A DNA stretch of 32,000 bases from positions 840,001 to 872,000 of the forward strand of contig CP010424.1 of NCBI GenBank assembly GCA_000830275.1, in the 5' to 3' direction. This document shows positions 25,075 through 32,000 of this stretch, piece by piece. Made by a program: the position numbers and the translations under genes. Source of the stretch: an archaeon GW2011_AR10. Its GTDB lineage: Archaea; Iainarchaeota; Iainarchaeia; Iainarchaeales; GW2011-AR10. The stretch's first letter is position 1. Each line of letters starts with the position of its first letter. The notes below the pieces were generated by a model, which saw only the letters and a program-made list of their open reading frames with translations, had not been told where the DNA came from and did no database searches.

Positions 25075-25139
25075 CAAACAAAAAGAATTATTAAGCAGAA
25101 ATTTACGGGTCTGTAACGTTTTTGTTGAAACCCCTATTT

Positions 25140-25406
25140 TTACTGGCTTTTTATCCACTTTTCGTATTGTTTGTGGTTTCCTGCAAGGTGAATCGTTTTT
25201 ATTTTTTCTTTTTCGTCAATTTTTATGACAATTCTGTACTGACCAGCTTCCGCAACATAGAATTCTATTCCGTGCTTTAAATGCCTCGTTTTTGTTTCTT
25301 CCTTTTGTTGCTGGATTTTCCCCCAAATCATTGTTTGAACTGATTTGTCCATTTTTAAAAAGTGTTTATCCCAACCAGGCTCAAAAATGAGAGAATAAAC
25401 AGCCAT
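25140..25406 (-). CDS. relE: RelE/ParE-superfamily toxin
   Basis: YSLIFEPGWDKHFLKMDKSVQ...AGQYRIVIKIDEKEKIKTIHLAGNHKQY fits the RelE-like pattern (Y.i.f...a.k.l.kl ... G.YRi.y.i......i...g.r..Y). The ATG at 25406 is used; an alternative GTG at 25415 lies 1 nt from the antitoxin stop. Confidence 0.7.
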   Translation of the reverse strand: MAVYSLIFEPGWDKHFLKMDKSVQTMIWGKIQQQKEETKTRHLKHGIEFYVAEAGQYRIVIKIDEKEKIKTIHLAGNHKQYEKWIKSQ

Positions 25407-25416
25407 TGGTTCCACT

Positions 25417-25644
25417 TTAAAAACCGTACTTGTGCTTTACCTGCTCTTCACTTAAATATTTCAGGCCTTTAGATTTCATTTCTGCTTCTTCTTTAGCAAT
25501 TTTTCTTGCAACAAGCTCTAGTTCAACACTTTGTGCGCTAACAGAACTCGAAGAAAGCCTTTTCTCCATTTTTTTAACTCTGCTTTCCAAGCTTTCAACC
25601 CGCTTTAAAACCTTCTGCAAAGAAACACTTTTGCCATTGACCAT
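25417..25644 (-). CDS. Putative cognate antitoxin (coiled-coil, 75 aa)
   Basis: It sits immediately upstream of, and co-oriented with, the RelE-like gene. The sequence is helical and heptad-like (LKRVESLESRVKKMEKRL). I recognise no DNA-binding fold. Confidence 0.5.
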   Translation of the reverse strand: MVNGKSVSLQKVLKRVESLESRVKKMEKRLSSSSVSAQSVELELVARKIAKEEAEMKSKGLKYLSEEQVKHKYGF

Positions 25645-25703
25645 TGCGACCACATAAAACTATTCCTCATTTATCATTATAAACATTTCTCAAAGTATTC
25701 GCA

Positions 25704-25732
25704 AAAGAAATATGCAACCAGATTGAAAAAAT
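25704..25732. repeat. Right copy of the 29-bp direct repeat
   Basis: AAAGAAATATGCAACCAGATTGAAAAAAT. Read in the coaBC frame it encodes KEICNQIEKIV followed by TAA. Confidence 0.85.
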
Positions 25733-25747
25733 TGTTTAATTGGATTC

Positions 25748-26971
25748 TTACACGCCGTTTTCTAATGCAGCAAGGCCGGGAAGCTTTTTTCCGGCAAGGT
25801 ATTCGAGGAGCGCTTTTCCTGCAATGCTTACATGCGTGAAGTCCTGCGGAAGCAAGCCAATCTGGAACAAGGCCCTTTCAGTATCGCCGCCACCAACCAA
25901 AGAGAAGCACCTGCTGAACGCAATTGTCTCAAGGAGCTTTTTTGTTCCAATCTCAAAGCTTTTCTGCTCGTAAACCCCTAATGGGCCATTGAACACAACA
26001 AGCTTTGAAGCGCGCACTTTCTTTTTGAACAGCTCGGTTGTTCCAACGCCAATGTCAAGGATGGCCTCTTCAACAGGAAGGTCCTTTAGCTTAAGTTCCC
26101 TTCTGCCTCCATTCGGCTTTGAAGCAACATCAACCGGCAGCACAATCCTTGAACCGTGCTTTTTCAGAAGCGCTGCGGCTTTCGGAAGCAATTTTTTCAT
26201 TTCTTCTGTTTCAAACAATGCGTCGCTTTTCCCAAAATTGACGCCTTTTGCCTTCAGGAAAACTTCTCCAAACAATCCGCCAATGCAGACCTCATTGCAG
26301 AGCTTTTTTTCCAGCATTGATTCAACGATTTCAATGCTGTCTGAAACTTTTGCCCCGCCCAAAACAAGGAGTTTTCCGTCTTTTATTTCTTCAAGTTTTT
26401 TGAGGCCTTCAAGCTCTCTTTTCAGCACTGGCCCAACAAAGCTTGGAAGCCTTGCGGCCAACGCAACAACGCTTGCATGGTTTCTGTGGCAAACGCTTAA
26501 TGCATCCTGAACAAAGTAGTCTGCCACTCCTGCCAATGATTTGAATGGCTCAACAGCTACAAAGTCTTTGGCTGTTTTTCCCTTGGCTTCCTCAATATCC
26601 AAAAACCTTGTGTTGTCCAAAACAACAACTGTTCCTTCCCTCATTTCCTTGATTGCCTTTACAAAGTTTTCATCCCATTTAACGAATTTTACATTCCTAT
26701 CAACAAATTTTTTAATAAAATCGGCATGCCTTTTAAGCGGGATGAAATCCGCTTCGCCTTTTCTTCCCTGGTGGCTTAAAACAACTACTTTGGCTCCTTC
26801 CTCGCAGAGAGCATAAATTGTTTTAGCGTGCTCTCTCAGCCTTGAGGAAACAACAACGCGGCCTTCAACAATGCTGCTGTTGAGGTCAACCCTTACAACA
26901 ACAGTTTTTCCTTTAAGCTCTTGGTCAAAAACGTCTTTGAAGGGCAAAATTTCACCTTGGGATCCTAACAT
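25748..26971 (-). CDS. pgk: Phosphoglycerate kinase
   Basis: VVVRVDLNS, LSHQGRKG, the C-terminal GGGDT (LVGGGDTERA) and ISIAGKALLEYL are present. The length of about 407 aa is typical of archaeal PGK. The ATG at 26971 is preferred over the TTG at 26974. Confidence 0.9.
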   Translation of the reverse strand: MLGSQGEILPFKDVFDQELKGKTVVVRVDLNSSIVEGRVVVSSRLREHAKTIYALCEEGAKVVVLSHQGRKGEADFIPLKRHADFIKKFVDRNVKFVKWDENFVKAIKEMREGTVVVLDNTRFLDIEEAKGKTAKDFVAVEPFKSLAGVADYFVQDALSVCHRNHASVVALAARLPSFVGPVLKRELEGLKKLEEIKDGKLLVLGGAKVSDSIEIVESMLEKKLCNEVCIGGLFGEVFLKAKGVNFGKSDALFETEEMKKLLPKAAALLKKHGSRIVLPVDVASKPNGGRRELKLKDLPVEEAILDIGVGTTELFKKKVRASKLVVFNGPLGVYEQKSFEIGTKKLLETIAFSRCFSLVGGGDTERALFQIGLLPQDFTHVSIAGKALLEYLAGKKLPGLAALENGV

Positions 26972-26972
26972 C

Positions 26973-27010
26973 AATGGAACAGCAAAAACAATAAATAAGT
27001 AACATTTTTG
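26973..27010 (-). promoter_or_regulatory. 38-bp promoter/operator-like module, copy 1 (pgk, divergent to pgi)
   Basis: On the coding strand it reads CAAAAATGTTACTTATTTATTGTTTTTGCTGTTCCATT and includes a TATA-like TTATTTATT. It is 37/38 identical to 29121-29158. Confidence 0.6.
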
Positions 27011-27096
27011 CGTGGTTTGCCGTTAGTTTTGGCAAAAGCCGCAATCGCAGAAAAAGCCTGCTAAAGTTATTAAGCTGTTTCCACACAAATTCTTTC

Positions 27097-27852
27097 ATGG
27101 CTGAACTGAGGGAAAAAAGCGGCCTTCCACTGAAACTCGAAGGGAACAAACTTGTTTTCGGGAAACCATTAAAGCAGGTTAAGGCAGAAGCAAGAACATT
27201 AGAGCAAATGAAACCTGTTCTGCTTGAGCCAAACGCAAAGGCTTCGCAAGAACTCTATTTCATGTACCGAAATGTCTGCCTCGAAAAGCACAGGAAAAAA
27301 ATTGAAGAGAATGGGTTGAGGTATGATTTGACCGTAATTCCTCCTGCAACAATCGGAAAAGAATTCATTAAAACAATGGGGCACTTTCACCCAAATGTTC
27401 CCAGCACTTCAGTTGCTTTTCCGGAAGTTTACGAGGTGCTGCACGGAGCAGCGCACTACTTGCTCCAGAAAAAAGATGGAAGCGATGCAGTTGTTTTGAA
27501 AGCAGTTACAGGAGAAAAGGCTTTGATTCCTCCAAGTTACGGTCACATTACAATTAATGCGGGAAAGGAAACATTGGTTATGAGCAACTGGGTTTCAATG
27601 AGCTTTTCATCAGAGTACGGAGCAATAAAGGAAAAGCATGGAGGAATGTACTTTGAGACAGTTAATGGCTGGGTTAAAAACAATAATTATTCAAGCGTTC
27701 CGAAGCTGAGGGAAGTTAAAGCAAAAAATGTTGAAATTTTTGGCTTGATTAAAAATAAGCCAATGTATTTTTTGGCTGAAGAAATTGAAAAACTTGAGTT
27801 CCTAAACAAACCGCAGAATTACTTGGAAGTTTTTGAAAAATATTTGAAATGA
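27097..27852 (+). CDS. pgiA: Cupin-type glucose-6-phosphate isomerase
   Basis: The cupin PGI signatures TMGHFHP, EVYEVLHG and PPSYGHITIN are present. The size is about 250 aa. Confidence 0.8.
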   Translation: MAELREKSGLPLKLEGNKLVFGKPLKQVKAEARTLEQMKPVLLEPNAKASQELYFMYRNVCLEKHRKKIEENGLRYDLTVIPPATIGKEFIKTMGHFHPNVPSTSVAFPEVYEVLHGAAHYLLQKKDGSDAVVLKAVTGEKALIPPSYGHITINAGKETLVMSNWVSMSFSSEYGAIKEKHGGMYFETVNGWVKNNNYSSVPKLREVKAKNVEIFGLIKNKPMYFLAEEIEKLEFLNKPQNYLEVFEKYLK

Positions 27853-27916
27853 CGTCCTCCACTGCCTAAAGGCAGAGGTATCCCAACATTTAATGGACGT
27901 CATGAACCCGTCAACG

Positions 27917-27970
27917 CAACACTTTGTCAAAAAGAAAACAGGTGTTTTTATTTCACTTGACAAAGTGTTG
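27917..27970. terminator. 14-bp perfect inverted repeat between the convergent pgi and gap genes
   Basis: CAACACTTTGTCAA (27917-27930) and TTGACAAAGTGTTG (27957-27970) flank a 26-nt loop containing TGTTTTTATTT. A second nested hairpin, GACGTCC...GGACGTC, lies at 27851-27901. Confidence 0.5.
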
Positions 27971-28046
27971 AAAAGATACCGAGACAATAACCGCGACTCA
28001 AAAGCCGAAGTATCTTTTGGGTTGAATGAATTTGAATCCGAGTAAA

Positions 28047-29042
28047 CTACAATTTTTCAATCAGGTCAACAATGCGCTGCGAGTAGCCGAGCTCGTTGTC
28101 ATACCATGCAAGCACCTTAACCATGTTGCCGCCAAGCACCATCGTTGACTGCGCGTCAAAAATGCTTGAATGCCTGTTTCCAATGACATCGCTTGAAACA
28201 ATTGGGTCATCAGTGTACTCGAGAATTCCTTTTAGGTAAGTTTCGCTTGCTTTCTTCATTGCAGAATTGACCTGCTCAACTGAAACATTCTTTTCCAGTT
28301 CTGCAACGAGGTCAATCAAGCTCCCGTTTGGAACCGGAACCCTTAAAGCAATTCCTTCAACTTTTCCTTTCAGCTCTGGAATCACTTTTGCTGCTGCCTT
28401 GCTTGCGCCAGTGGAAGTTGGAATAATGTTTAGTGCAGCGGCCCTTGCCCTCCGCAAATCCTTGTGCGAACCATCAAGAACTCTCTGGTCATTTGTGTAG
28501 CCGTGCACTGTTGTCATGAAAGCGCGCTTTACTTTGAAGTTGTCGTTGAGGACGCGCAGCACTGGCATCAAGCAGTTTGTGGTGCAGGAAGCGCTGTCAA
28601 TTATTTCCTCATTTTTCTTTAAAACCTCATCATTGACGCCGAGCACAACAGATGAAACTTGTTCGTCGCCTTTTGCTGGAGCGGAAATCACCACTCTTTT
28701 TGCTCCTGCCTTAATGTGTGCTAATGCGTCCTCTTTTTTCCTCAGCTCGCCGGAGCTTTCAACCAATACATCAATTTTGAGCTGCTTCCAGGGAAGCTTT
28801 TCAGGGACATCCCTTTCATTGAAAACCTTTATTTCTTTTCCATTAATAACAATTGCATCCTTTTTTGCTTTCACTGTTCCAGGAAATCTGCCGTGAACTG
28901 AATCGTACTTGAACAGCAAAGCAGAGCCTTCCGCGTCCCTTACGCCGTTAATTGCAACCCACTCGATTTTTTTGCTGTCAATTCCTGCGCGGAGCACAAG
29001 TCTTCCAATTCTGCCAAAACCGTTAATTGCAACCCTCACCAT
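28047..29042 (-). CDS. gap: Glyceraldehyde-3-phosphate dehydrogenase, class I (bacterial/eukaryal type)
   Basis: MVRVAINGFGRIGR is the NAD-binding motif and ASCTTNCL contains the catalytic Cys, as in class I GAPDH. The C-terminal WYDNELGYS is also present. A GGAGG SD lies 7 nt before the ATG at 29042. The ORF-track extension to 29153 is a non-coding leader. Confidence 0.9.
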   Translation of the reverse strand: MVRVAINGFGRIGRLVLRAGIDSKKIEWVAINGVRDAEGSALLFKYDSVHGRFPGTVKAKKDAIVINGKEIKVFNERDVPEKLPWKQLKIDVLVESSGELRKKEDALAHIKAGAKRVVISAPAKGDEQVSSVVLGVNDEVLKKNEEIIDSASCTTNCLMPVLRVLNDNFKVKRAFMTTVHGYTNDQRVLDGSHKDLRRARAAALNIIPTSTGASKAAAKVIPELKGKVEGIALRVPVPNGSLIDLVAELEKNVSVEQVNSAMKKASETYLKGILEYTDDPIVSSDVIGNRHSSIFDAQSTMVLGGNMVKVLAWYDNELGYSQRIVDLIEKL

Positions 29043-29120
29043 GCCAAAACCTCCAATAAGCCTTTTAGGAAAAGGCTCGCGAAAAAGTGGCTTCGCCAAA
29101 GCCTTGAATCCTGCTAATTG

Positions 29121-29158
29121 AATGGAACAGCAAAAACAATAAATAGGTAACATTTTTG
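29121..29158 (-). promoter_or_regulatory. 38-bp promoter/operator-like module, copy 2 (gap)
   Basis: On the coding strand it reads CAAAAATGTTACCTATTTATTGTTTTTGCTGTTCCATT and lies 79 nt upstream of the gap ATG. Confidence 0.6.
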
Positions 29159-29190
29159 GGATTGGGAAAAAAATAAGTCTGTGGCTGGCG

Positions 29191-31923
29191 CTACCTTACC
29201 CTGATTGCTTTCCTGCGCCTTGACTGCTTGTAGAAGTAGTCTGAAATCAGGATGGAGGCAATTTCAAGCACAACGAATGCAAGAGCAGCATTGAAGCCGA
29301 AGAACCTGTCAACCTGGAATGGCAGAATGAAGAGCAATATTGCAATGCCGATTCTTGTAGCGTCCTCAATTTGTTTCTCGCGCGAGCTCTTCGGCCTTCG
29401 CGGGAACAAAAGAATGCTTTTTGTGTGAGCAAACGCTGCAGCAAGCAGGGAGATAACTACAAGAATCAAGAACAGGACGGGTTGCCTTATTATTGAGCCG
29501 AACAATAGTTCAGTGCCTGCACCGGCGCCAACAAACACTGATTCAAAGAAGCCGGTTGCAAGGAAGCTTGCCTCAAAAACAGTGAAGCCCTTCCTTGTGA
29601 CAATCAGCTTATGGCTCCCTGCTACAAGTGCCCTAAACTCCCCTCTGCCTAAATCGCTTAATTCAATTCTCTGCCTTTCACCGTTTGGAAGCTCTACCTC
29701 AACTATTATGTCGGAGGGAATCTGGCCGTCCTCTGTTTGAACGATTATTGGGAGGGTTTCCCCAACAGCAATTATTTCCTTGAAGTCAGGCAACACGATT
29801 CTTGCAACTGAAAAAGCCCCCTGGAATGGGTCAAACTCTTCCTTGGAAACATCCACAAGGTAAGCGCCGGGCTCTATTAAATCAAAAATTATGAAGCCGC
29901 CTGCATTAGTGTCAAATTCTCTTACCGTTCCGGAAGGGAATGTAAGTGAAACATTTGCGTTTGCAACAGGCTTTCCGAGCCTGTCGAAAACTCTCAGGTG
30001 CCTTGTGTCGCCTAGGAAGTCAGCATCATTGTAATTGAATATCACGTTGAACTGGTTAAAGCCTATTACAAGGCTCTGCAATGCCTCATTGTTTAACTCG
30101 TTTAGTTCCGGCACAGAATTGGATGGGTCAATTACGAGCTTCAATTCGTTTACTCCGAAGAAATCGTTTGTGTCCTCAACAGAAAAATAGATTTCAGCTG
30201 AGCCATCGGTTTCAAGCCCTGCAATTGTTACTGAGTCAACCAGCTGGTTGTTCAAAAGCAGGACAACATCAAAAGAGGCGGCATTGGAAACGCCTGCATT
30301 CTTTACTGTTGCACTGACATTCAAGGGCTTTCCGACAACAGAAAACGAGGGAATGTTTTTTTGAGTGAAAATCAACTCTGAAAGAAGCACGCAGTCCTCG
30401 TCAATCAAATCGTCATTGTCGTCATCCTTGAAATTACCGCAGATTTCAACGCACTTTATTCTGTGCGGTGGAATAACAGCATACCACGCATCAGTATATA
30501 CCCTTGAACTGTTTCCTAAACCATCATAAGCATAAGTGTTTGAGTAAAAGAAAACCTCTCCTGAAACAGGGCCAATTGTGCCGGTAAACTTTTCCCCGCT
30601 CTTTGACAGGAAAACAGTTTCATCTTTAGAGGTTCTTCCAAAGCGGTAAAACACTTTAGCTGTTTCAACTGTAGCTCCCTCAACAGGGGTTAGCTCAACA
30701 TCAATAAAGAAAGCAGAATAATTGTCATTAGGCCTTGCCTCAAACTCCACGCTTTCAATCAGCTTAACTTTTTGGCTGGGAAGCGGGGGCCTGAATGCCT
30801 CGTCCTCGTCAACAGGCAAAAAGAACTGCAGGTTAACAATGCTGCCGTCAATGTCCATAAAATTGTAGTACACTGTGTCTGCATCAGAAAATGAAGCATT
30901 CAGGGTTTGCCCCTGCTTTACATTGGTGAAACTGAACTGCTGTGAGGAAGAGCCCCTTACAACAAAAACGTCAACAAACCCAATGCTGTCATCATTGTCA
31001 TACACGCTTGTTGCAACAAGCTGGCCGCTCTGGTTAACAATTTTAATCCATGAAAACTGGCTGCTTCCCTGCAGCAGAATCACTGGTGCATTTCCCTCAT
31101 TTGCCAAATTAATTGTTTCGCTAATTTCTTCGTTGATTATTGCTGAATCAAATGATGCTGCTTCAAACTGGATTGTTGGAGTCTCTGTCACAGTTGATGG
31201 GGCAGCTGAAGCAGGAACCCCGATTAAGGCGCAGGCTGCAACATCAGACGCAATTAAATGGTAAACTGTTGAGCCAAAGCCGGAGGTAACTTTTTTCCCA
31301 GAAGAATTGTAAACTGTTATGCCACTGTAAGGGTAAATTTTTCCGGTGAACGGCCCGGCTGTTGCAGTGAAAGTGTCGCCGTTTTTAATCATCGGGACAC
31401 TTGTTCTTGTTCCGCTTTTAGTGAAACTGTAAAAAAACACTGCCCTTTCAGCTGAAAAAGCGGAATTAATGTCAGCTGAAACATCAAGATAAAAGCTTCT
31501 GTTCCCCTCGGCAAGCCTTGGAGTGATTGTTTTGCCCAAAAACACTTTCGGCTTTGGCTGCACTGGAGTAGGCTCTTCCGGGGGCTGCGGGTTCAGAACA
31601 AAAATGAAGTACTGCAGGTTAACAATTGCCCCGTCATTGTCCATAAAATTGTAGTAAATGCTTGAATCAGAAGAAAATGCAACATCAAACACTGTTCCTT
31701 CTTCAACTCCTGAAAACTGGTAACGGTTAACTGAGCCGGAAGAAGCAATAAAAATGTCCACCAAACCAATGCTGCCGTCATCATCAAACACGTTTGTGGC
31801 CACAAGTTCTGGGCCCTGAACTTCAATCTGAATCTGTGAAAATTCTTGTGCATGCGCTGCACTAGGCAAAACCAAGGCCAAAAGCACTGCAATCAAAGCA
31901 TGTTTTATTGATTCTCTGTCCAT
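29191..31923 (-). CDS. Large modular surface protein (CARDB, carboxypeptidase-regulatory-like domain, C-terminal TM helices)
   Basis: The ATG at 31923 has GGTGGA upstream. The signal peptide is IKHALIAVLLALVLPSAAHA. Two modules of about 260 aa are paralogous. A Cys/Asp-rich motif CVEICGNFKDDDNDDLIDEDC follows, then CARDB (NVSATVKNAGVSNAASFDVVLLLNN...ELNELNNE) and a CarboxypepD_reg-like domain (ANANVSLTFPSGTVREFDTNAGGFIIFDLIEPGAYLVDV). The C-terminus has 2-3 TM helices. Confidence 0.8.
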   Translation of the reverse strand: MDRESIKHALIAVLLALVLPSAAHAQEFSQIQIEVQGPELVATNVFDDDGSIGLVDIFIASSGSVNRYQFSGVEEGTVFDVAFSSDSSIYYNFMDNDGAIVNLQYFIFVLNPQPPEEPTPVQPKPKVFLGKTITPRLAEGNRSFYLDVSADINSAFSAERAVFFYSFTKSGTRTSVPMIKNGDTFTATAGPFTGKIYPYSGITVYNSSGKKVTSGFGSTVYHLIASDVAACALIGVPASAAPSTVTETPTIQFEAASFDSAIINEEISETINLANEGNAPVILLQGSSQFSWIKIVNQSGQLVATSVYDNDDSIGFVDVFVVRGSSSQQFSFTNVKQGQTLNASFSDADTVYYNFMDIDGSIVNLQFFLPVDEDEAFRPPLPSQKVKLIESVEFEARPNDNYSAFFIDVELTPVEGATVETAKVFYRFGRTSKDETVFLSKSGEKFTGTIGPVSGEVFFYSNTYAYDGLGNSSRVYTDAWYAVIPPHRIKCVEICGNFKDDDNDDLIDEDCVLLSELIFTQKNIPSFSVVGKPLNVSATVKNAGVSNAASFDVVLLLNNQLVDSVTIAGLETDGSAEIYFSVEDTNDFFGVNELKLVIDPSNSVPELNELNNEALQSLVIGFNQFNVIFNYNDADFLGDTRHLRVFDRLGKPVANANVSLTFPSGTVREFDTNAGGFIIFDLIEPGAYLVDVSKEEFDPFQGAFSVARIVLPDFKEIIAVGETLPIIVQTEDGQIPSDIIVEVELPNGERQRIELSDLGRGEFRALVAGSHKLIVTRKGFTVFEASFLATGFFESVFVGAGAGTELLFGSIIRQPVLFLILVVISLLAAAFAHTKSILLFPRRPKSSREKQIEDATRIGIAILLFILPFQVDRFFGFNAALAFVVLEIASILISDYFYKQSRRRKAIRVR

Positions 31924-32000
31924 ATCGTCCACCAAATCAAGCTCAAGGAATTTATTCTCTCGTAATGCATTCTCCTGATAAAGCTTGGCTCAGTCCACCA

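Noticed and set aside
25068-25703. Calling the TA cassette a bona fide mobile element (IS or integrative element)
   Set aside because: There is no transposase, integrase or terminal inverted repeats in the window, and the only evidence is the flanking direct repeat. I report it as a finding, not as a mobile_element feature.
29043-29153. N-terminal 37-aa extension of gap (MLPIYCFCCSIQ...) given by the ORF track
   Set aside because: The canonical MVRVAINGFGRIGR start has a GGAGG SD. The extension coincides with the 38-bp module shared with pgk, where it is out of frame, so it is non-coding leader or promoter, or at most a separate tiny uORF.
31936-32000. Possible 3' end of another minus-strand gene at the right window edge
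   Set aside because: Two frames are open to the edge for only 15-30 codons with unremarkable sequence. That is not enough to support a call.

Overview
The window reads as a chromosomal segment from an archaeon, probably a small-genome, DPANN-like lineage. That lineage call is inference from gene content and from the many large surface proteins. Housekeeping genes form the backbone: Orc1/Cdc6 (cut by the window edge), Hel308 helicase, agmatinase, NAC, FKBP-type PPIase, proteasome beta, aCPSF1 RNase, Fap7-like kinase, Taw1, an NFACT-N protein, CoaBC, and a small glycolysis cluster (pgk, cupin-type pgi, class I gap). Most genes have GGAGG-type Shine-Dalgarno sites; a few look leaderless. Accessory material sits between the housekeeping genes. 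There are three type II toxin-antitoxin pairs (two VapBC, one RelE-like), a small-gene islet at 3983-5400, several orphan ORFs, and four large secreted or membrane-anchored proteins. One of these is a 1411-aa coiled-coil protein anchored at both ends; another is a 910-aa protein with an internal module duplication. I found no rRNA, tRNA, CRISPR array, transposase or integrase. The most notable sequence-level observations are these. (1) The RelE cassette is bracketed by a 29-bp direct repeat that duplicates the 3' end of coaBC. (2) A 38-bp module, identical at 37 of 38 positions, lies upstream of both pgk and gap. (3) A 390-bp intergenic region at 21323-21713 is packed with direct repeats and perfect hairpins. 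(4) An AT-rich spacer carries four WTATACATAA repeats, followed by a roughly 200-nt ORF-free segment that looks like an unclassified ncRNA. All functional calls come from motifs recognised by eye. No database search was possible.
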